This document shows, one piece after another, positions 55,584 through 64,000 of a stretch of DNA of 64,000 nt. Both the position numbers and the translations under genes were made by a program. Every line of letters starts with the position of its first letter. The first letter of the stretch is position 1. The notes below the pieces were generated by a model that was given only the letters and a program-made list of their open reading frames with translations, was not told the origin of the DNA and ran no database searches. The stretch comes from Piromyces finnis finn (Eukaryota > Fungi > Neocallimastigomycota), in NCBI GenBank assembly GCA_002104945.1, contig MCFH01000006.1, positions 62,001 to 126,000 on the forward strand, in the 5' to 3' direction.

Positions 55584-56263
55584 AATTTAATGATACATAC
55601 TATTTATTTTTATCATATATATATTATTATTATTATAAATAAGTATCACTTCAATTCAGTTTCCAGAATCTAAAAATTATGTTACATTTTTATCATTAAT
55701 TTATTAAAAAAATAAATTTTTTTATGAAATTTAATTCTTAAATTTTTCTTTCTTTAATTAAATATGTTTAAATTTAATATATATAATGATTTATAAAACT
55801 AATTTTATTATTTTTTATGAAAACCTTTTCATATATAGTACTTATGATAAGTTTTTATATATAAAAAATATTTGATTAAACATTAATATTAATTATTTTT
55901 TATTAAAAATTATTTGCAGTAAAAGAAACTAGTAAACATATATCACATGAATCCAAATAATATATGCTTAATACTTTCTCCATTATTATTCCAAAAAAAA
56001 AATTTCTTTATACATTGTAAATCGAATATAATATTATTTAAATAATATGCTTGCATTTTAATATATTTTAATATATAAAATTACAAAGTTTGGTATATAT
56101 GTAAATACATATAAATAATTAAAACAATTTATGTTATTGATGTATCATTTTTAAAATACAAATTTAATTTTACAGATTTAGTATTGATAATATTGATAAT
56201 ATTAAAGAAAATATAAAAATTAATTATTCCTAAAATAGTATGCATCTTTTTTTATTAAATATG

Positions 56264-57763
56264 TTATTTATAAAATTGGTGAGTTCCTACAGATTTCCAG
56301 AGTTCTATTTTTTTTTTTGAAGGATTTTCCACTAATGAAGGTATTTTATCAAAAAGAAGCGTCTTTCTTTTTTCTGAATTATATTTTTCCCATGAAATAT
56401 TTAAATGATTGCCATTTGGATCTCCTGTTTTAGAAAAACTAACCCATGACCCAAACATATAGTTTTCTAATAAACGTTTAGAACTTGGCTTACATATGGT
56501 CCAAATAATATAGCCTAATGTATCCATATTTTTTAATGCTGTGTAGATATCTATGCCATGGGTAGCTTTAATTCCAACAGCTCTTAACAAAGGTGGCATA
56601 TAATCAAAACGATACATCCAAACATCATTATTTTGACTTTGAATATCTGCAAATTCTGTGCATCCTAATAAAAATAAATAATCTGTTCCAAATTCAAAAC
56701 ATGAACTTAATCCCAGTCTCTTACATTTTTTGAAATAATAATTTTCTATTTCAGGATATTTTTCCATTAAATTGTTATTTTCGAACATCTTTTTAATTTC
56801 GTTTTTTGTTATTGGACATTCATGATTCATCGAAAAAAAGGTACTTTCATCTTTATTTGAACCAATAATTAATTTAATACCATTTGCTGAACCATTTCTT
56901 AAAGAATCGTAACAATTTTCTGGAAGAAGGTCATCGTATACAAAACTTGGCCAAAATATACCGGGATATTTGGAAAGATTATTATTAACGTATTGTGATG
57001 CGGATTTTAGTTTCTTAATATCCATATCTTTTAATTTCTCAACTTCTTCAGGTTTAATTTTTAAATATTCTAAAAACATATCCATTAGTATTTTATTAGA
57101 TTTAACAAAATGATGACCATCTGGATAACCACTTTGACTTATTGCTTTATGAAATAAACCCTTAGCTGATGGTGAAGTCATTAGAGCCAATACACTTGCA
57201 CCACCGGCACTTTCCCCGTTAATTGTAATGTTATGAGGATCACCTCCAAAGGCCTCAATATTTTCATTTATCCATTTTAATGCCATAATTTGATCCGATA
57301 AAGAACAGTTTGAATCAAATAATTCCTTATTATAGATTGTAAAGTCATAGCACCCTAATGGACCTAATCTATAGTTAAATGTTATAAATAAAATATCTTC
57401 TCTTGCATAATGGTCTCCATGATGTGCTGTTGAACTTCCAGAATTATTATGTAAATAACCTCCATGAATATATATAAATACTGGTAAATTCTTACTATCA
57501 TTGTTTTTTCTCCATATGTTTAACGTGAGGCAGTCTTCGCTGTCTGTTTCTTTTGTTGAAGAAGGAAATTTAAACTGGATACATCGTGGTCCAAAATTTG
57601 TACATTTTTTAATATCTTTCCATGGTTCACATGCAACTGATCTTCGAAATCTTAAATTTCCAATAGGTGGTTTTGCATACGGGATACCATACCATTTACT
57701 AATACCATTTTCAACAAAACCTTCTACCCTACCACACTTTGTATTCACTACAAGTTCGGTCAT
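56264..57763 (-). CDS. Type-B carboxylesterase (para-nitrobenzyl-esterase-like alpha/beta hydrolase), intronless, 499 aa
   Basis: GIPYAKPPIGNLRF, SEDCLTLNIW, nucleophile GESAG, GSNKDE (Glu), ATHGID (His), FSKTGDPN. Confidence 0.95.
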   Translation of the reverse strand: MTELVVNTKCGRVEGFVENGISKWYGIPYAKPPIGNLRFRRSVACEPWKDIKKCTNFGPRCIQFKFPSSTKETDSEDCLTLNIWRKNNDSKNLPVFIYIHGGYLHNNSGSSTAHHGDHYAREDILFITFNYRLGPLGCYDFTIYNKELFDSNCSLSDQIMALKWINENIEAFGGDPHNITINGESAGGASVLALMTSPSAKGLFHKAISQSGYPDGHHFVKSNKILMDMFLEYLKIKPEEVEKLKDMDIKKLKSASQYVNNNLSKYPGIFWPSFVYDDLLPENCYDSLRNGSANGIKLIIGSNKDESTFFSMNHECPITKNEIKKMFENNNLMEKYPEIENYYFKKCKRLGLSSCFEFGTDYLFLLGCTEFADIQSQNNDVWMYRFDYMPPLLRAVGIKATHGIDIYTALKNMDTLGYIIWTICKPSSKRLLENYMFGSWVSFSKTGDPNGNHLNISWEKYNSEKRKTLLFDKIPSLVENPSKKKIELWKSVGTHQFYK

Positions 57764-57980
57764 TTTTCTTTTATTTATTTATTTTCCAGCAATTTTTTTT
57801 ATTTGTTTTTTTTTTTTTTTTGAATTTATTTAAATTTTTATAATATAGAATATATAGAATATACATGTGTAATATAGTGAAAAAATTACTTAGAATATAT
57901 ATAATATAAAGTTATAAGTAATATTATATTCTATTCCAATACTAATTCTCTAATTTATAACATCTTTTTTTCTTTTTTTC

Positions 57981-58012
<32 letters not shown>

Positions 58013-58320
58013 TATTTTAAAAATTTGTAAAAAATAAAAAAAAATAAAAAAATAATCTTCAATAAAGTATATTAATTATATACCTAAATAATGTATACAA
58101 AAAACGTATGAATAATATAATAAATATAATAATAAATCTAAATAAATTAAAAATTTTTATCTCCAATGAAGTATAATATTTCTCTATAAGAAATTTTAAT
58201 TTTATTTAGTTTTATATTTTAACAAGAAAATTATTTAAAAATAGAATTTGACAATATATAAAAAATATCTCTTCTTTTTTTTTTTTTTTTTAAATTTCAA
58301 AGAAATGTCGTTTTTTAAAA

Positions 58321-61300
58321 ATGAAAAGAAAATGGATGTTAAATATCTTTTATCTTTTTTTTATTTTATTTTTTGGCAATGCTTTATTAAAAGTTATTCC
58401 TATAAGAAATAATGATAATTCATTTACTAATATCTTAAATATTTTAAAAGAAAACGAAAATGATAAAGAATTAATTTTAAAATTTGAAGATTATCGGTAT
58501 GATATGCGTGAATTAGATTTCGCCATTGAACATAACGTAAAATATAGTATTATATTCTCTGGTAATAAAAATGGAACAATATTTGATTATGGAAGTAATA
58601 TAAAAGGAAAATTTAGATTTTACTTTGTGGAGAATAGAAAAGAAATAATAAAATTTGAAAATATTATTTTTGAAAATTTTAATAATGAAGGTTATAATGC
58701 TAATGGAATATTTATGTTACTATTTTCATTTAAATTCAAGAATACTTATAATATAATATTTGAAAATTGTACTTTTAAAAACAATAGTCAAGATATAATT
58801 AATTTTTCCTTTGAAGTATTAAATATAAATGATGGAAAACCTACTATTACTTTTAACAGATGCAATTTTTAGTAACTATATGATTTATTATAAAATTTTG
58901 AATAAATTATGATTTTTTATATTAATAAAATTTCTTAAATTATAAATTTATATATAATTAAATAAGTCAAAACAGGGAAAAGATTATATTTTCTAAAAAT
59001 GATTCATTTAGAAAGTATATTAGCTATGATTCTTCAAATAATAATATTATTAAAATGAATGATTGTAGATTCATTGATAATAATGGAATGTTTTATTCAG
59101 AGTATACAAATTTTATATTTAAAAATTGTAATAAACATATAAATATATTAAATTTTCAATAAATATATTTCTTTTTTAATACTAAATTTATTTATATAAA
59201 ATTAAATATTAAAAAAAAGGCTATTTTTCAATTATGGATACAGATTCTGAAAAAAAAGTTTTTTTCCATTCATATTTTGGTAATAATATTATCTCTATCA
59301 ATGATTCTATTTTTGAAAATATAAATATAAGAAACCCATATCCATTAATTGATAGTAAAAATATAAAACTAGAGTAATATAAAATTAATATACATATTAT
59401 TATACTTTTATGTTGTAAGCTAAAATTCATGAGAAATTAATTCTAATTCCATTATAATAATAATGAATATTGTTATAAAACTCTTTAGGATTTATAATAC
59501 TACCTTTAATCATATTAAATGGATATTTATTTAAATTAAGAGAATGTATTACTGATAAATTTTATATATCAATTAATAATTCTAAGTTTTATGGTATTAT
59601 TATGATTATAAATAAATAATATTTATAAACTTTTTCAACACAACTCATTTATTAAATAATAATATTTAAATAGATATTATAACTTTATTTGAAGGTGATA
59701 ATAACAAATATACAATAACAAATACAATATTTAAGGATATAAATTTAAAAAATTCTCTACCTCTTATTTCCGATTCTAAATATTCAACATTTAATATATC
59801 AAATATTGAACTTAAGAATATAAAGTATAAAAAAATAACTATTAATATATTAATATTATATATATATATTGGCAATTTTAATAAAATATAATTAATATTT
59901 TTCTATCTATATATTATGTATAATTTAATATTTTATTACATAATAAAATAAAGATTAACTAATCAATTATTTAATGAAGAATCGGACTATTATTTTGATA
60001 ATATTAATTTAAATAATGTTATTACCAATTCAAAATATCTTTTCTATTTTTTAAATCACAATATAGTAATAACTAATTTTTATGCAGAGAATATACAATG
60101 CTTAGGAGATGAAATTGATACATCATTAATTGTATTTGATTCAGGATATGGTCATAAAAATTATCAATAAGAAATTGTGAAATTAAGAATAGTGTATCTA
60201 ATGGTTCATTAATTAAAATAAAAGGAAGTTACAGTGAAGTTTATACTGATTCTGTTGTCATAAATAATATAAAAGGATTTGGACCTATTATTGAAAATGT
60301 TTCATCAAAAGTAATATTATATATTAATATATATATATATATTTAAAAAAACTCCTTTTACCATTCGTATTGAAAATTTCTTTATTAACTATTTTATATA
60401 TCTATTATTATCGTTATTATTTTAATAAATAAAGTCATTATTATCGATATATAATTCAACTTTAAGTAATAATATAAACACCAATAAAGTATATTGTGGG
60501 GGAATTCATTTTAATAATGAGATAATAATTAATGTTTCAAATACCACTTTTAAAAACAATAGCAATAAAAGTAATGGGGGTGCATTGTAAAGTATCATTA
60601 TAGATTATTAATAATAAAATACTTTTAATATGTATTGTATTTTATAGGCTTATTATTTTTTTTTATTATAAAAGGTGTTCTGATAATATTACCAATTTAG
60701 AATTAAATTTGATGTCCAATAAATTCTTTAATAATAGTGCAACAAATGGTGGTGTAATATATTTAATGGATAAGAAAACTTCTATCAACTACAACAGAAC
60801 TATATTTCTTGAAAATAATAGCTTTGAAAAAAATTCCGCTTTAAATTTCGGTGGTGCTATATTCTATAATCTCAATAGTCCATATTCTATTAATGCTAAT
60901 AATAACAATTTCACTTCAAATGAAGCTGAAATAATGGGAGGAGGAATATTTTGTTCAAATTTCAATTGTCTTTCAATTTCAAAATTAAATAATATAATAT
61001 TAAAAAATAATAAAATAAATTCATATATTAATAATTATTCTTCAAGACCATCTTATCTTGGATTAAATACATCATTAAACAATAATATTATTAACATTAC
61101 TACTGGTGATTTACTATCGTTAAAATTTACTTTATATGATATATTTAATAACACATATATTGATTATACAAAATATTATTCATCATTAACCTTGAAGGTA
61201 TTATTAATAGAAAAAAACAATATACTAGATAATCATGGAAGTAATGAAAAAAATAAAATATATTCAAATGTTAGTTTAATTGGAAATGTTGGTTGGTTCA

Positions 61301-63297
61301 TAGATGGTATAAAATTAAATTTAATATTAATATATCTTATATTTATAAAAATATATATTATTTTCAACATTAAAAATTAAAATCATTTTTTTAATAAAAA
61401 ATAAAAGGAATTTGTGAATTAAAACATTTCAGAATATATGCTATTCCAAATATATATTCTTTAAAAATAATTATTGATGGATATAATGGAGATATAATAT
61501 ACAAGTTCAACGATATTTTAATCAAAGTTAATGATTGTGAACCTCAACAAATAAGAATGATTAATAAGTATAATATTCCTTATTGTGAAAAACCAATTTG
61601 TCATGAAAGTTGTCCTGATGGAAAATCCGCAGAATGTATAAAAAGTTCTAATTCTACAAATATTAATGATATTAATTTAAATATATGCCAATGTTTACCT
61701 GGTTTTACAGGAGAGAAATGTGATATTAAAGTATTCGTTAATTATAGGTAATTATTATTAATTTTTATATATAATTTTATTATAATTATATGAATTTAAA
61801 ATATAATAAATATATTATATATTATAAATTTGTTTTTTAATAGTATTATAAATAGAATAATATATGGAATTGCCATTCCGGCTATAACTGCATTACTTTT
61901 ATTTATATTTTTTATTCTTATTAATAAAAAGAAAGCAATTATAATTGATATCGGTCATTTAAAATTATTATTACTTTCTATTGGAATGATAATGTATTAT
62001 ATAAGTAATTTATTCTTGGACTACACTACATATATAGATTGTTCACTAAATCTATTTTTTAAGCATATAGGAATATCATTATTTTTGATTATATTTTATT
62101 ATATGATAGAACTAAATCATGAATTAGGTATAAGGCGAGATGCATTTATTAATTCTACTAGTGATGAAATTACATCATATACAAAATGTGACTATGACAG
62201 TATATTATTTCATAATGAAGATAAAAATTGGTCATTTAACAATTGTCCATATTTAATAAATTCAATGGATGAAAAACTAAAAATAAGATTAGATTCTCTA
62301 AGTAATGAAATCAAAAATTTACAACCAATTAATATTAGTAAATACTTTTCATATGTAATAGATGAAAAGAATATAAAAATTTTAAACTCTTCTGAAAGAG
62401 AAGTAAATGAAAAAATATATAAAAAAATCAAAAAAGTTAATACACTTTATTTTGAATTATTTCTTTTATATTTATTAAATACAATATTTTTAATAGTTGT
62501 AATTTGTCGAAATTCTATGAAAAATAATGAGTTGAAATCAATTTCAATTATTCAAAATATTAATGGGAAATGGGAGTACATGTGTATTCTTGATAAATAT
62601 GATTTATTTGAAAGTATAATTGAATTTCTATTTCTAATATTAATTATGAACAAAGGAGATCAATTACAAAATTTCAACAATATTTTTAAATATACATATT
62701 ATATTGAAAATTCAATAAGGATAGGTATCTTTTCAGGACCTGTATTAAATGTAATATAAACATATAAAATATATATTGATATAAAAATTTTTTAAAAAAA
62801 GACTGATTATTTTTATTTTTAATATTTAATAATAATAATAATAATAATAATAATTACAACAAAATCATTACCAAAATATTTATCAATATCTATAGATAAT
62901 AAGTTATTTTATCTTTTTAAATAATCAGAAATATCAAAGATTTTCAAAAGTTATTTTTGATACTATATTTAATTCTATTGGATATTTCATTTTCTTTTTA
63001 ATTTTTATATGGGAAATTTTAATTTTTATTACAAAAAAGTGTAATAATATAAATAAAAATTATTTTGTATATAAAAAACATGAGAAATGTGCTCTTCATA
63101 ATTCTACTACTTGTGAATGTTCTTTAAATGTTACCAACGAACAAATGAAACTTGATATAAGAGAGTCACTTGATTTTTATAAAATATGTTCATCTTATTA
63201 TGTATTCAACCAAAGGAAATTACATTATATTAATGCAGTATCAAAAATAAATATGATTTATATATACAGTAATAATAAAAATCATAATATTTTTTAA
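58321..63297 (+). CDS. Large receptor: signal peptide, pectin-lyase-like beta-helix (FxxN/GGAI repeats), EGF-like domain, class C-like 7TM; two frameshifts in this assembly
   Basis: About 11 exons traced in phase. NSATNGGVIY and NSALNFGGAIF repeats, CQCLPGFTGEKC, seven hydrophobic segments, last exon 62896-63297. Frame breaks at 59517-59519 (one extra A) and 60156-60160 (one A short). Confidence 0.85.
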
Positions 63298-64000
63298 TTT
63301 AATTTCATCATTTAATATTTAATAATAAAAAATATGTAAACAATCATTTATACTTTAAATCACTGTCTTTATTATAAGTTAATATAACTTTTACATTTAA
63401 AGATATTAATTAAAATTTTAAATGTTTTATATAAATATTAAAACATGTTTTAACGATATAATAATAAAATTTAATAAAAAAAATATCGTTTTAAATTCTT
63501 ATTATGGAGCCTTTAAAGTTTCATTAATAATCGTTATATATAAAAGAAATAAATTATAAGAACATTGACACTAGTGTTAAATATAAATATTTAAATATAA
63601 ATGCTATTATTTTGAAAATAGGAGTGTTTAGGCTGAAAATTCAGTATGGCAAACCAGAAGGTCATGACCACATAGATATAGGAAATAGGCAACATTTTTA
63701 TAAAAACCACTATTAGGATTATTCTAATAAATGGGAAAGATGAACTCAGTAATTAAATTTTTTTTAAAATAATATAAATTTTCAAAATTAAAAATAACTA
63801 TAAAATTATAATAAAACAAATCTTTTTGTTATTCGATTATCAATATTAATTTATAATATAAATAAAATATTTAATAAATTATTAAAAAATATTGATATTT
63901 TAATATATTTATACTGGAGCAAAATAAAATAATAATATTAATAATAATTATTTTATATTTTTTAATATTTTTATTTTTTGGTAAAAGTATTTATTTTCTG

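Noticed and set aside
63618-63755. GC-richer fragment (GVFRLKIQYGKPEGHDHIDIGNRQHF)
   Set aside because: Short, interrupted by stops and unrecognised; may be a repeat fragment but unsupported.

Overview
This is extremely AT-rich eukaryotic genomic DNA with intron-rich genes (GT-AG introns), long homopolymer runs and (TAA)n microsatellites. The base composition and gene families (pectin-lyase-fold/EGF/7TM receptor, intronless bacterial-type carboxylesterase) point to an anaerobic gut fungus (Neocallimastigomycota); this assignment is an inference. The left edge holds the 5' part of an LTR retrotransposon on the minus strand: a Gag-like ORF running off the window, a ~1.5-kb leader, an 18-nt primer-binding site matching a tRNA-Ala-type 3' end, and a ~707-bp LTR. 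The outer end of that LTR lies 15 bp upstream of an intact tRNA-Leu(UAG) gene, the geometry of Pol III-targeted elements such as Ty3. This is the strongest finding. Further genes, reconstructed by hand from splice sites, are: an orphan Asn-rich protein, a Myb/SANT-like + U-box protein, PMR1-type Ca2+/Mn2+ ATPase, an orphan 7TM protein, a RhoGAP, DNAJC7-like co-chaperone, a putative GPI-anchored HExxH metalloprotease, an anillin/Bud4-like C2+PH protein, a DUF4476-like protein, a carboxylesterase, and a large pectin-lyase-fold/EGF/7TM receptor with two single-base frameshifts. No searches were run, so family calls rest on motif recognition.
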